Below, piece by piece: positions 8,606-18,745 of a stretch of DNA of 64,000 nt (position 1 is its first letter; every line of letters begins with the position of its first letter). Under the pieces are notes generated by a model. It saw nothing but the letters and a program-made list of their open reading frames with translations, did not search any database and was not told the DNA's origin. Source of the DNA: an uncultured Ruminococcus sp. Its GTDB lineage: Bacteria; Bacillota; Clostridia; Monoglobales; Monoglobaceae. Both the position numbers and the translations under genes were made by a program. Location: assembly GCA_902766745.1 (NCBI GenBank), contig CACXES010000008.1, positions 400-64,399 of the forward strand, in the 5' to 3' direction.

Positions 8606-10255
8606 ATGAAAAATTTTGCAAGATTGACAGCGGCGGCTATGTGTGCGGTGATGCTTCTCGGCGGCTGCGGAAGCAAGAGCACGGATAACGGAAAGGCCAC
8701 AGAGGAGTATGTGGCGGATCAGAACCTGAACGCGCCGGGTGAATTCCCCGTGTGCAAGGAGAAGGTAACAATAACGGTGGGTATTCCCAAGGATCCGCTT
8801 GTACAGGACTATGACACGAATTTATATACCAAGCTTCTGGAAGAAAAGATGAACTGTGATATTCAGTTCTCATACCTTCCGGCTTCGGCGGCAGAGGCGC
8901 AGCAGAAGCTTGAGCTTATGGTTTCTGCGGGAGGAAACGATCTCCCTGACGTAATCGTTAATGTTCCGATAAGCGACAGCACAATATCGCGTTATGCGTC
9001 CAAGGGCTTCATTGTTCCGCTGAACGAATACTATGATAATTCGGCGTATTATTTGAACGATGTATGCGAGAAGGAACCGGAGCTTAAAAAGATGATCACC
9101 ATGACGGACGGAAATATATATGTTGTTCCGAGGTATCTGAAGATAATGCAGAACGAGCTGGGTTATCGTATGTGGATATATGAGCCGTGGCTTAAAAAGC
9201 TCGGACTTGAAATGCCGAAAACCCTTGACGAGTTTTACAATGTTTTAAAGGCGTTTAAGGAGCAGGATCCAAACGGAAACGGTATGGCAGATGAAATACC
9301 GCTTCTCGGCGCCACAAACGGCGGCGAATCCTGGTTCAAGGACTTTATTGCCGCCGCGTATCAGCCGATTGATCCACAGAGCAAGTATCTTTATCCGGAA
9401 AACGGAAAGATAAAAGCAGCGTATATTCAGCCGGAGTATAAAGAGGCGATTAAGTATATGAATAAGCTTTGCTCAGAGGGGCTGCTGTCTCCGTCCTCGT
9501 TTACGGGTGACGCGGCACAGTGCAAGCAGACGGTTCAGAACCCCAACGGTGTTCAGGTGGGAGCGTTCACAAGTATGGCACCCACATATCTTTCGAGCTC
9601 AGATGAGAGGAAGGAAGGCTATAAGATTCTGCCGCCTCTGACTCAGGAGGACGGTACCGGCTACTCGGTTTACGCGGCAAGCATTCCGGTAAACGCTTTC
9701 TATATCACAAAGAACTGCAAAAACCCGGAGGCGGCGTTCAGAATGGGCGATATAATGATGAGTGAGGAAATGACGATACATTCCCGATTCGGTCAGAAGG
9801 GTACGGACTGGCTTGAGCCGACCGAGAGTCAGAAGAGTATGTTCGATTCCATGGGTTACGCTGCGAAGATAAATCCGGTGCTTACATGGGGCGCGCCGCA
9901 GAACTCACACTGGCAGAACGGTGCGGCAGGCTACAGAAGCTATGAGCTGTCGTTCTCGACGGTTGACAGCGGTACGAATATTTTCGAGACGGAGATTGCA
10001 AACAAGCTTCAAACCTATATGGATAGGATTCCAAAGGAGTATATAACAAAGCTGATTTATACAGAGGATGAGATTGATACCGTGAACGAAATTCAGCAGA
10101 ACATAGATGCGTATAAGACGGACAATATCACGAGATTTATAATCGGTGATCTGGATATCGAAAGCGGCTGGGATTCTTATGTTGATGAGCTGAAGAAGAT
10201 AGGCGTCGACGAGCTTGTAAAGATTTCGCAGGACGCATATGACAGATTAAAATAA
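8606..10255 (+). CDS. ABC transporter extracellular solute-binding lipoprotein (LplA-like, large CUT1 type)
   Basis: Lipobox LLGGCGS; 549 aa with typical family-1 SBP composition. It is immediately followed by two CUT1 permeases. Confidence 0.9.
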   Translation: MKNFARLTAAAMCAVMLLGGCGSKSTDNGKATEEYVADQNLNAPGEFPVCKEKVTITVGIPKDPLVQDYDTNLYTKLLEEKMNCDIQFSYLPASAAEAQQKLELMVSAGGNDLPDVIVNVPISDSTISRYASKGFIVPLNEYYDNSAYYLNDVCEKEPELKKMITMTDGNIYVVPRYLKIMQNELGYRMWIYEPWLKKLGLEMPKTLDEFYNVLKAFKEQDPNGNGMADEIPLLGATNGGESWFKDFIAAAYQPIDPQSKYLYPENGKIKAAYIQPEYKEAIKYMNKLCSEGLLSPSSFTGDAAQCKQTVQNPNGVQVGAFTSMAPTYLSSSDERKEGYKILPPLTQEDGTGYSVYAASIPVNAFYITKNCKNPEAAFRMGDIMMSEEMTIHSRFGQKGTDWLEPTESQKSMFDSMGYAAKINPVLTWGAPQNSHWQNGAAGYRSYELSFSTVDSGTNIFETEIANKLQTYMDRIPKEYITKLIYTEDEIDTVNEIQQNIDAYKTDNITRFIIGDLDIESGWDSYVDELKKIGVDELVKISQDAYDRLK

Positions 10256-10277
10256 TCGATGGGAGAGATAGGAAGAA

Positions 10278-11219
10278 ATGAAAACTGCTGCAATAGGAAA
10301 AAATAAGCACTCGGCCTTATACAAGCTGAAAAGGCACAGACAGCTGTTTGCGTTTTTGCTGATTCCTTTTATATACATATTGATTTTTGCGTATGGGCCG
10401 ATGCTCGGACTTCAGATCGCATTCAAGGAGTTCGACGCCTCTCTCGGCATATTTGGAAGTCAGTGGGTCGGGTTTAAATACTTTGAGAAGTTTATAAACT
10501 CCTATCAGTTCGGAAGAATAATCAAGAACACGCTTGTACTGTCGGTATACTCGCTTGCGGCGAGGTTCCCGGTGCCGATTATGCTTGCTATATGCATAAA
10601 TGTTATGCGAAATAAGCGCTTTAAAAAGGCTTCGCAGATGATAGTGTACATTCCGCACTTTATATCGGTTGTGGTTCTTGTGGGAATGCTGAACCAGTTC
10701 TTTAACCCGTATGTGGGTCTGTATGGAAATATCTACAGAATGATATACGGAGCCAACGCCCCCGACCTGATGACAAACCCAAATTCGTTTCTGCATATGT
10801 ACGTCTGGTCGGGAATATGGCAGAATATGGGCTGGGATTCGATAATCTACCTGGCGGCACTGTCCTCGGTTCCGGCGGAGCTGCACGAGGCGGCGCAGGT
10901 GGACGGAGCGTCAAGGTTGAGACGCGTCTTTGCCATAGACCTGCCGGCAATTGCTCCGACGATTATAATCCTTCTTATACTCAATATTGGTCAGCTTATG
11001 AACCTTGGCTTTGAGAAGATTTATATCATGCAGAATAATGTGAATCTGCGTGTCAGTGAGGTTATCTCTACCTATGTATATAAAGAAGGTATTTCGTCAA
11101 GCGGCGGAAACTATTCCTATGCAACGGCAATAGGACTTTTTAACTCGGTTATTAACTTTATACTAGTGGTAACGGTAAATACAATATCAAAGCGTATTAA
11201 CGATACCGGTCTTTGGTAA
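10278..11219 (+). CDS. Sugar ABC transporter permease (LplB-like)
   Basis: Multi-TM protein with an EAA-loop (EAAQVDGASRLRRVFAIDLP). Confidence 0.9.
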   Translation: MKTAAIGKNKHSALYKLKRHRQLFAFLLIPFIYILIFAYGPMLGLQIAFKEFDASLGIFGSQWVGFKYFEKFINSYQFGRIIKNTLVLSVYSLAARFPVPIMLAICINVMRNKRFKKASQMIVYIPHFISVVVLVGMLNQFFNPYVGLYGNIYRMIYGANAPDLMTNPNSFLHMYVWSGIWQNMGWDSIIYLAALSSVPAELHEAAQVDGASRLRRVFAIDLPAIAPTIIILLILNIGQLMNLGFEKIYIMQNNVNLRVSEVISTYVYKEGISSSGGNYSYATAIGLFNSVINFILVVTVNTISKRINDTGLW

Positions 11220-11234
11220 ACGGAGGATTGCAAA

Positions 11235-12116
11235 ATGAAAACATCAGTTGAAGATAAAATCTTTTATGCAGCGGTAAATATCTTTATGGTAATTATACTT
11301 ATAATAGTGCTTTGGCCGCTGATATTCATTGTTTCATCATCGTTTTCCTCCAAGGAGGCCGTAATGGCAGGCCGTGTTGTCCTGTGGCCGGTGGATTTCA
11401 GCTTAGAGGGCTATAAGGCTGTGTTTAAAACAAATGAGGTGCTTATCGGCTACAGAAACACGATACTGTATACCCTGTTCGGAACTATTTTAAATGTGGC
11501 AATGACCCTCGCTGCCGCATATCCGCTGTCGAGGCGTGACCTGCCGTGGCGCAGACCGATTATGTTCGTGTTTACCTTTACGATGATATTCAGCGGCGGA
11601 ATGATCCCGACCTACATTGTGGTAAGCGAACTGGGTCTTTTGAATACGCCGCTTGCGCTGATAATCCCTACGGCAATGTCGGTTTATAACCTGATAATAA
11701 CCAGGACGTTTATAGAAAACAGTATACCCAAGGAGCTTCTTGAGGCGGCAACGATTGACGGCTGTGACGATATAGGGTACTTTTTCAAGATACTTTTGCC
11801 GCTGTCGGCACCGGTTATTGCGGTTATCACGCTTTACTATGCGGTGGCGCACTGGAACTCATACTTTACGGCGTTTTTGTACATAACCGATTCAAAGCTC
11901 TATCCTCTGCAGCTTGTGCTTAGGAATATACTTATCGCAAATCAGATTGACTCGGCGATGGTGACTGATTTTGATACAATGACGTCTAAACAGGGGCTTG
12001 CTGACCTGCTGAAGTATTCCTTGATTGTGGTAAGCAGCCTGCCTGTTCTGATTATGTATCCGTTTGTTCAGAAGCATTTTGTAAAGGGAGTTATGATTGG
12101 CGCGGTAAAGGGGTAG
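11235..12116 (+). CDS. Carbohydrate ABC transporter permease (LplC-like)
   Basis: Multi-TM protein with an EAA-loop (EAATIDGCDDIGYFFKILLP). Confidence 0.9.
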   Translation: MKTSVEDKIFYAAVNIFMVIILIIVLWPLIFIVSSSFSSKEAVMAGRVVLWPVDFSLEGYKAVFKTNEVLIGYRNTILYTLFGTILNVAMTLAAAYPLSRRDLPWRRPIMFVFTFTMIFSGGMIPTYIVVSELGLLNTPLALIIPTAMSVYNLIITRTFIENSIPKELLEAATIDGCDDIGYFFKILLPLSAPVIAVITLYYAVAHWNSYFTAFLYITDSKLYPLQLVLRNILIANQIDSAMVTDFDTMTSKQGLADLLKYSLIVVSSLPVLIMYPFVQKHFVKGVMIGAVKG

Positions 12117-12119
12117 AAT

Positions 12120-15100
12120 ATGGCGAAAAAAATCTTTTTAACAATTCTTGTGCTTTGCGTTTTGGTCGGTGAAATCTCACCGTCCTATGCGTCCGAGACG
12201 GAATACGCGATAACCTCCGAATTAAACGGAGGCTGGCGGCAGGACGGAGTTGAAAAAGAGCTTGTGGCGTGGGCAAATCTTTCGGATGAGCCGGATTGCC
12301 GCGGCATGAGCGTTGAAATCGGTGACGATCCCGAGTCAAAAACCGTATCGAGGGTTCTCGGCCGTGAGGGCTGGGTCATTTCGCCGAACAAGGGCGAAAG
12401 CGCAAGGTACATAAATATCGATGTGAATCCCTCCGTTGCGTATGATGTGACGGACGGGCGAAGCTATGCGATAGAGGTCGACTACTATGACGAGGGGATT
12501 TCCAGCCTGGCCATGGAGTATGAGACAATGGATTATCAGCCGATAATCCTGACCCAGCCGGCAGGAAATACAACTCAGCCTGAGCTGAACGCAGAATCGC
12601 CGATTGCAGAGCGGGAATATCTTGTGTTCAATAACACAAAGGTATGGAGAAGCTATCAGTGGTTTTTGCCCAATCCGAGGTTTACCGGCAAGGTTGACGG
12701 CTTTGACATGAGGGTCGGAATATACGGTGAAACGATGAAGTATTCACGGGGCGGCGAGGTCGTTGTCAGTGCAGTCAGGCTGTACAGGCTGAGTACCAGC
12801 AGCCGTGTTGAGATAAGCGCCGCAAAGCAGCAGAATATAGGAAACATCTTCTTTGACGGTGAGGCGGTTGTGATAAACACAAGGTTTTCAAGCTGTATAT
12901 ATCCTCATCAGACGCAGATAGACGGAAGCTATCCGCTGGATATCGTGTACACGGCGAGAGATGAGGACGGAAAAGTCGTGTACAGGGGAACAGACAGCTT
13001 TGTGCTGGAGCCGCTCACCGAGACAGAACGGCAGGTCAGCTTTACGGTTGAAAAATATGGGATATACCGCTTGGATATAGAGGCGTTTTGCTCGGAGAAA
13101 AATATTTACAGCCTGATGGGAACGGAATTTTCGTATGTCCGTTCCTCAAAGGGTGAGATTGTAAATCCAAAGGTGGGAATACAAATCGGACTTGCAAATC
13201 CGGAGGACACCGAGGTATCTAAGCTGACCAGATATGCCGGGATTCCAAACGTCAGAATGATGCTTTACTACTATAACTACCGAAAGAGCGCCGAAAGGTA
13301 CGAGCCGACGAACGTTGCCGTTCCTGAGGGGTATAAATCGCTGTTTCGGGCGTTTAAGTCAGCAGGGCTTGAGATAGACGCAAATCTGCATTCCGCTTCG
13401 TGGATGGGAGCGGCGTATAACTTCAGCGAGATAGAGCGCACGCCGCCTTATACCGAGGCCGGGCTCAGGCGATGGGCGGAATACTGCGCCATGATGGCGG
13501 AGCTTTTCGGCGATACGGTTGACCAGTTTGAAATCTGGAACGAATACAACCTCGGACCGAATCATAGCTTTAATATGGAGAACCGCCCTGCAGAGGACTA
13601 CGGCAAGATGTATGAGGTTTCGAAGGCGGCGATAAAGGAGGTAAACCCCGATATCCCGGTAATCGCCTTCAATACCTCGGGTGCGGCGCCTGCGTGGATA
13701 GAGCAGGTGCTTGCAAGCGGACTTCGGGATATAGACATTGCCTCGATTCATCCGTATCAGTGGTACGGTGATCCGCTGACCTTCAATGCCGTTAAAAAGG
13801 GTATAGAGCCTGTCTCCGAGGTGTTTAAAAAATACGACTTGGAGGACGTACCGCTCTGGATTACGGAGTACGGATATTCCTCCCACTATGAGGATGTAAA
13901 CACCGATCTTGAGCAGGGAATGTACAATGTTCAGGCGTACTCCCTCATAATGGCGTCCGGGAAGATAGACAGATACTATATATATTGTATGCTGGACAAG
14001 GCAAGCAATTTGAGAGCGGACAGAGAAACCAACTTCGGACTTATCCGCGACAGGATAAACAATCCGCTTCCGTACATGACGCCGTATGCGGCAAAGCCCG
14101 GATATCTTGCGGTCAGCCAGATGAATCTGATGTATCATGATGCGGAGTTTATGAGCATGATTGAGCTTGGAAATACGGGAGCGGTGATACGGAACAGGCA
14201 CACAACCGACGGAAGCCAGTTCGCCGTTATGTTTTCGAATAAGGACGATGGTGAGCTTGTGACATTGAACCTCGGCACGGACAAGATAACCGTATATGAC
14301 GCATACGGAAATTCAAGTGAGGTATACGGCGAGAACGGAATATACAGCTTTGATTTAAGCAAGCGTGTGATGTATATAGAAGGTGATTTCAAGAGCTTTG
14401 AGCAGACGGCGGGCGGCGTCTTTCCGTCAAAGACGGGAATTGACACAGTGTACGGCGAGGAGGCAAAAATCCCGATTGCAAATTATTCGAACCGCAGAAT
14501 TTACGCCGAGGCAAGCCCCATGGAGGGCAGTGAGGTGACAGGCGGCAGCTGTGAGATAAGCGGTGAGTACGGCGAGCTTCGGCTCAAGGGCGGAAACGCC
14601 CTCGGCGGCACGGAGAGAGTCAGACTTGTTTTAAAGGACGACGAAAAGGTGTATTTTAACGGCTGTGTCTACCTGAATTACAAGGAAAGTGTAAGCCTTT
14701 CGACAGTGCTTGTGCCAGACAGCGAGGGCTGGGTTATGCGGTGCAGCCTAAAAAATATGTCGGATAAGTCGGCAATAAGCGGCAGACTTACTGTTCTCAC
14801 ACCAAAGGAGTGGCAGGGAACGCTCCCCGATACGTTGCTCAGCATTAAGCCGAAAGAGGAAAGAACGGCAGACATTAGGCTACCCGTTGCCATGGCAGCA
14901 GATGATAAGGTGATAGAAATCGGCTTTATTATCGATGAAGGAAGCGGAATCGGAAGCTATGTCAGCAGGAATTACAATTTCAGTGCGGCGCAGGAGACAA
15001 GGACGCCGATTGTTATTGACGGCAAGGACGACGAATGGACAGACGGCTTTATGACTCTGAACAGAAATGACCAGTTCAAAAGCCTTTTGAGCCTTGGCTC

Positions 15101-15629
15101 CACATATCAGGGGCCCGATGATTTGAGTGTGAGAGCGGCGATTAAATGGGATGACCAAAACTTTTATTTCTTTGCGGACGTCCTGGACAATGTTCACTTT
15201 GCAAAGAATGTAGAGCCGATCTATGTATGGCAGATGGACAGCATACAGCTTGCACTGGTATATGACCCGGAAAATGCGCTGGAGCGCACCGAGTTCGAGG
15301 AGATCGCCATATGCGACCTTGACGGGAAGCCTACGCTTTATCGCCACAAGACAAGGTTTAAGGGTGATAAAGACTACGCAAAGGTAGAGGGAAGCGAGCT
15401 TGCAACGGTCAACAACGGACTTCACACCTACTATGAACTAAAAATTCCGTGGAGCAGCCTGATGGTCGAGAAGGTGGAAATTAAGCCCGGTACGGAGCTT
15501 AAATTTGCGATGATTGTCAACGAGAACGATGGCGTCGGCAGAGTCGGATATATGGCCTTCGGCGACGGAATTGCATCAAGTAAAAACAGCAACCTGTTTA
15601 AGAGATTATACATTCGAAGTGCGGATTAA
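12120..15629 (+). CDS. Secreted multidomain glycoside hydrolase-like protein (clan GH-A TIM barrel) with a CBM9-like C-terminal domain
   Basis: Signal peptide. The putative acid/base is in FEIWNEYN and the nucleophile in PLWITEYGYS, ~100 aa apart. The C-terminus PIVIDGKDDEWTDG...AAIKWDDQNFYFFADVLDN...DSIQLAL resembles family-9 CBM / DOMON-like modules. The CAZy family cannot be assigned by eye. Confidence 0.7.
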   Translation: MAKKIFLTILVLCVLVGEISPSYASETEYAITSELNGGWRQDGVEKELVAWANLSDEPDCRGMSVEIGDDPESKTVSRVLGREGWVISPNKGESARYINIDVNPSVAYDVTDGRSYAIEVDYYDEGISSLAMEYETMDYQPIILTQPAGNTTQPELNAESPIAEREYLVFNNTKVWRSYQWFLPNPRFTGKVDGFDMRVGIYGETMKYSRGGEVVVSAVRLYRLSTSSRVEISAAKQQNIGNIFFDGEAVVINTRFSSCIYPHQTQIDGSYPLDIVYTARDEDGKVVYRGTDSFVLEPLTETERQVSFTVEKYGIYRLDIEAFCSEKNIYSLMGTEFSYVRSSKGEIVNPKVGIQIGLANPEDTEVSKLTRYAGIPNVRMMLYYYNYRKSAERYEPTNVAVPEGYKSLFRAFKSAGLEIDANLHSASWMGAAYNFSEIERTPPYTEAGLRRWAEYCAMMAELFGDTVDQFEIWNEYNLGPNHSFNMENRPAEDYGKMYEVSKAAIKEVNPDIPVIAFNTSGAAPAWIEQVLASGLRDIDIASIHPYQWYGDPLTFNAVKKGIEPVSEVFKKYDLEDVPLWITEYGYSSHYEDVNTDLEQGMYNVQAYSLIMASGKIDRYYIYCMLDKASNLRADRETNFGLIRDRINNPLPYMTPYAAKPGYLAVSQMNLMYHDAEFMSMIELGNTGAVIRNRHTTDGSQFAVMFSNKDDGELVTLNLGTDKITVYDAYGNSSEVYGENGIYSFDLSKRVMYIEGDFKSFEQTAGGVFPSKTGIDTVYGEEAKIPIANYSNRRIYAEASPMEGSEVTGGSCEISGEYGELRLKGGNALGGTERVRLVLKDDEKVYFNGCVYLNYKESVSLSTVLVPDSEGWVMRCSLKNMSDKSAISGRLTVLTPKEWQGTLPDTLLSIKPKEERTADIRLPVAMAADDKVIEIGFIIDEGSGIGSYVSRNYNFSAAQETRTPIVIDGKDDEWTDGFMTLNRNDQFKSLLSLGSTYQGPDDLSVRAAIKWDDQNFYFFADVLDNVHFAKNVEPIYVWQMDSIQLALVYDPENALERTEFEEIAICDLDGKPTLYRHKTRFKGDKDYAKVEGSELATVNNGLHTYYELKIPWSSLMVEKVEIKPGTELKFAMIVNENDGVGRVGYMAFGDGIASSKNSNLFKRLYIRSAD

Positions 15630-15692
15630 AGTAAGAATGAAATTATAAGTGTAAATATTATAGGTTAAAAGAAAAAGATAGGAGGGTTTATT

Positions 15693-18665
15693 TTGAAAAT
15701 GAAGTTTAGAGGTATTTTATCAAAAACGCTTGCGGCGGTTGTTGCCACGGCACAGGTTATCTCGGTATGCGGCTTTGCGGCCGTGACCGGCGGCGGAAGC
15801 GGAACAGACTCGGGATTTTACTGGTATGAGCAGTTTGATACGGATACGACAACTATGAAAACCGGAACGGATGTTACCAGGACGGGCGTATCGCGGGACG
15901 ATGGCTATGGCGCGAAAATTACAAACGGCAGTACCACTGCACCAAGGCAAGGATATATAGCAACCGGTATTACGCTTGATTTTTCAAAAGGGCCGGTCGT
16001 TGTGGCTTATGAGGAAATGCCGGTTACAGGAGTATCATATCTGTCACTCAACGATGTCAGCGGATCATTTCTTGCGTACTTGACGAGATTTGAAGGCGGA
16101 ACTATAAAAGGATATAACCAGACGGATAAAAGCACACCTGTTACTGCATGGGGAACGAACTGTGCATTTGCGGCGGCTACAAAAACATACAGTACAAATT
16201 CTGCGTACTATAAAATGCAGAGTGTTCTTGACTATGACACAGAGACAAACCAACTCAGCGTAAAATACTTTGTTGACGGCGAGCCGCTTGTGAAAAGCGG
16301 CGGTGAAGTACTTGGCTATACTATTACGCTTCCTTTGGGTTGCGACATAGATGAAAATGTGACGCTTCGCTTTAACTTAGGAGCGAGTGCGGCGGCAGTT
16401 ATAGACAATGTGTCAATTTACACAGAGGGCAGTCCGGAGCTTGGCACAGGCGGCTGGATAAGCACGGATAAGGGAACGGTTGGATTGAGTGTTAATAATG
16501 CAACGGTATATAAAGACAGTGACGACGCGGCAGTTACATTACCGTCATATCTAAAAATTGTTAACAATCTGACAACTGCTGATTATGAGCTCAGGAAATA
16601 TAACATTGGATCAGACCCGATGTTGCTTGGAGGCGGTGAGACAGCGACCTCAACTGTAGCGTGGAAGGGTGATACGGGCGTGACGCTCAGCGGTCTTTCT
16701 ATTACCGATACGGCAAATGAATGTTATGTTTTAAAGCTTACAAATCCTAATTCTATAACAAGCCTTTCCGGCAAGCCTATCACGGGAACATATGCACTTT
16801 TGCACAGCGGTGCATCGGTATCGTTTGTACGCGAGGCGTTTATGTATGATGAAAATGGAAGCGCTCTTACTCTTTCATCAGACGGAAAGCTTCCGACAGA
16901 GGTTAAGAAAATTGAGTTTGCATTGGCAAGTAACTCCACTCTTGCGGCAAAAGATATAACGTTTACAGGTTCAAATGTCAGCATAACATCTGTACAGGAT
17001 ACGGAAACAGGACGTTATGTGCTCGATTTATCCGAAGTAGCGCTTGAAAATGCAGAGGAGTATACCATAGCAGCAGGTGATAAGTCGGGAGTATATACCA
17101 CCACGGGCGAGAAGCCTGCAAGCCACTATGCAGCGGCGGCGTTTCAGGGCTTTGACGATGAAGCATCGGCTGCGGGATTTGTACATGGATCTTCTATAAC
17201 GACAACTTGGAACAACGGAAAGGTATTGTGTACAAATTCCGTTGCAGCAGGCGGAACTGCGGTAAAGGTGTCGTATCCTATAACCGATACAGCGTTTGAT
17301 TTTTCAAAGGGTGCGCTTTATTTAAGCTTTGATGCAACCTTGAATCAGGATATAGGCACAATTTTGTTCGGACCGGAACTTATTACATCAAGTACCTCTA
17401 TTCTGGCATATATGCCGGGATTTGAAAATACCGGGCTGAGAGGAAGAAAATCAGACGGCGGCCGTGTGGGAACGAACAGCGGCAAGGCAACTATGGCAAA
17501 CGGTGATACGGTGAACCTTGGTATACTTTTAAGATATTATCCTGAGGATGGCAGTATTGGATATATTCAGTTTGCAGACGGAAAACGCCTGGAGGATGCA
17601 CAAGGAAATCCGTTAGCCGAAATTCTGAAAACAGGCCTGTCGGATAAACTGAGTGAAGGGCTGAGCCTGAGAATAAACGGCAGAAACTTCCCCACCGGCG
17701 TATATATCGATAATATAAGGCTTACCACTGTTGACGGAATCACAGCAGAGCAGATGCTGACCATGAGCGGCACTACAGCGACGATAGGTATTGAAAACAC
17801 GGTTGAATTTGATCCGTCGGCATCGGCGGAGGCTGTCGCTCCGGTTTATGACTGCTCGCTTGCAAAGAGCGATATTAAGGTTACGCGCTATGCCGCAGAT
17901 GATAAACTCTTTGCGAATGGCACGGCGGTTACGGACTTCGGCTTTGACCCGGAGACAATGACGGTATCAAACCTTGCGGCACAGAATACGGGAGATGTAT
18001 TTGTGATTGAGATCTTAGATACATCAAAGCTGACTTCGTTTGCCGGGAAGGCGCTGGATGTTAGTTGCTTCAAGACCGGCGAGGCAAACGGCGGACTTCT
18101 CAAAACAAGAATTTTAAATGCAAACGGCGACGAGATTTACGTTGATGCGGACGGAAAGTGGCCGACAAATGCGTCCAAGGTGTGCTTTACCTTTGCGAAA
18201 GGATATGCGGAGGACGGAGTTAAGCTCGGCGAGACGGCGGCTGTTTACACCGACGGCGAATACGTCGTTGACTTAAGTGCGGCGCCGCTTGCGGCAAGCA
18301 CGGAGTACACTGTCAGCGTAAACAATGCAGAGTTTGCGAAGCTTACAACAGCGACAGGAGCGTTCAGTGTTTTAAAGCCGACAATCAACGATGCGGACGG
18401 CAAGGCATCGGTGGGTGTGAGCAACACGACCGACAAAGAAGAGGTTGTGTATTTGATAAATGCATGTTATAATAGTGACGGAGAGCTTACAAGTCTTGTC
18501 TATGACAGGATAACGGTTTCGGTCGGCGAAAACGCTGTTAAGAACGGAGCTGCTGCGCCGGATTTAAGCGGAGCGGCGGTGCAGAAAGCCTTTGTGTGGG
18601 ACGGCTTTGAAAAGCTTATGCCATATGCGGACTGTGCCGAGAGAGCATTAGGGGCGGCGGAATAA
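15693..18665 (+). CDS. Secreted 990-aa protein built from two tandem ~450-aa modules; function unknown
   Basis: Signal peptide (AVVATAQVISVCGFA). Internal duplication is visible by eye: TLDFSKGPVVVAYEE...FLAYLTRFEGG versus TAFDFSKGALYLSFDA...ILAYMPGFENTG, and EYTIAAGDK versus EYTVSVNNA. TTG at 15693 or ATG at 15699 could be the start. Confidence 0.7.
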   Translation: MKMKFRGILSKTLAAVVATAQVISVCGFAAVTGGGSGTDSGFYWYEQFDTDTTTMKTGTDVTRTGVSRDDGYGAKITNGSTTAPRQGYIATGITLDFSKGPVVVAYEEMPVTGVSYLSLNDVSGSFLAYLTRFEGGTIKGYNQTDKSTPVTAWGTNCAFAAATKTYSTNSAYYKMQSVLDYDTETNQLSVKYFVDGEPLVKSGGEVLGYTITLPLGCDIDENVTLRFNLGASAAAVIDNVSIYTEGSPELGTGGWISTDKGTVGLSVNNATVYKDSDDAAVTLPSYLKIVNNLTTADYELRKYNIGSDPMLLGGGETATSTVAWKGDTGVTLSGLSITDTANECYVLKLTNPNSITSLSGKPITGTYALLHSGASVSFVREAFMYDENGSALTLSSDGKLPTEVKKIEFALASNSTLAAKDITFTGSNVSITSVQDTETGRYVLDLSEVALENAEEYTIAAGDKSGVYTTTGEKPASHYAAAAFQGFDDEASAAGFVHGSSITTTWNNGKVLCTNSVAAGGTAVKVSYPITDTAFDFSKGALYLSFDATLNQDIGTILFGPELITSSTSILAYMPGFENTGLRGRKSDGGRVGTNSGKATMANGDTVNLGILLRYYPEDGSIGYIQFADGKRLEDAQGNPLAEILKTGLSDKLSEGLSLRINGRNFPTGVYIDNIRLTTVDGITAEQMLTMSGTTATIGIENTVEFDPSASAEAVAPVYDCSLAKSDIKVTRYAADDKLFANGTAVTDFGFDPETMTVSNLAAQNTGDVFVIEILDTSKLTSFAGKALDVSCFKTGEANGGLLKTRILNANGDEIYVDADGKWPTNASKVCFTFAKGYAEDGVKLGETAAVYTDGEYVVDLSAAPLAASTEYTVSVNNAEFAKLTTATGAFSVLKPTINDADGKASVGVSNTTDKEEVVYLINACYNSDGELTSLVYDRITVSVGENAVKNGAAAPDLSGAAVQKAFVWDGFEKLMPYADCAERALGAAE

Positions 18666-18745
18666 GCCTTGCACATAGAATTTTCAAGCTGTGGCTCCGT
18701 CTGTGAATTTGCGGACGGAGCCCGGAGAAAGGAACGGTATATCGG

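Noticed and set aside
13359-14201. 280-aa minus-strand ORF inside the 1169-aa glycosidase gene
   Set aside because: It is antisense to the best-supported part (the TIM barrel with NEY/TEYG) and has an Arg/His/Ile-rich non-protein-like composition.
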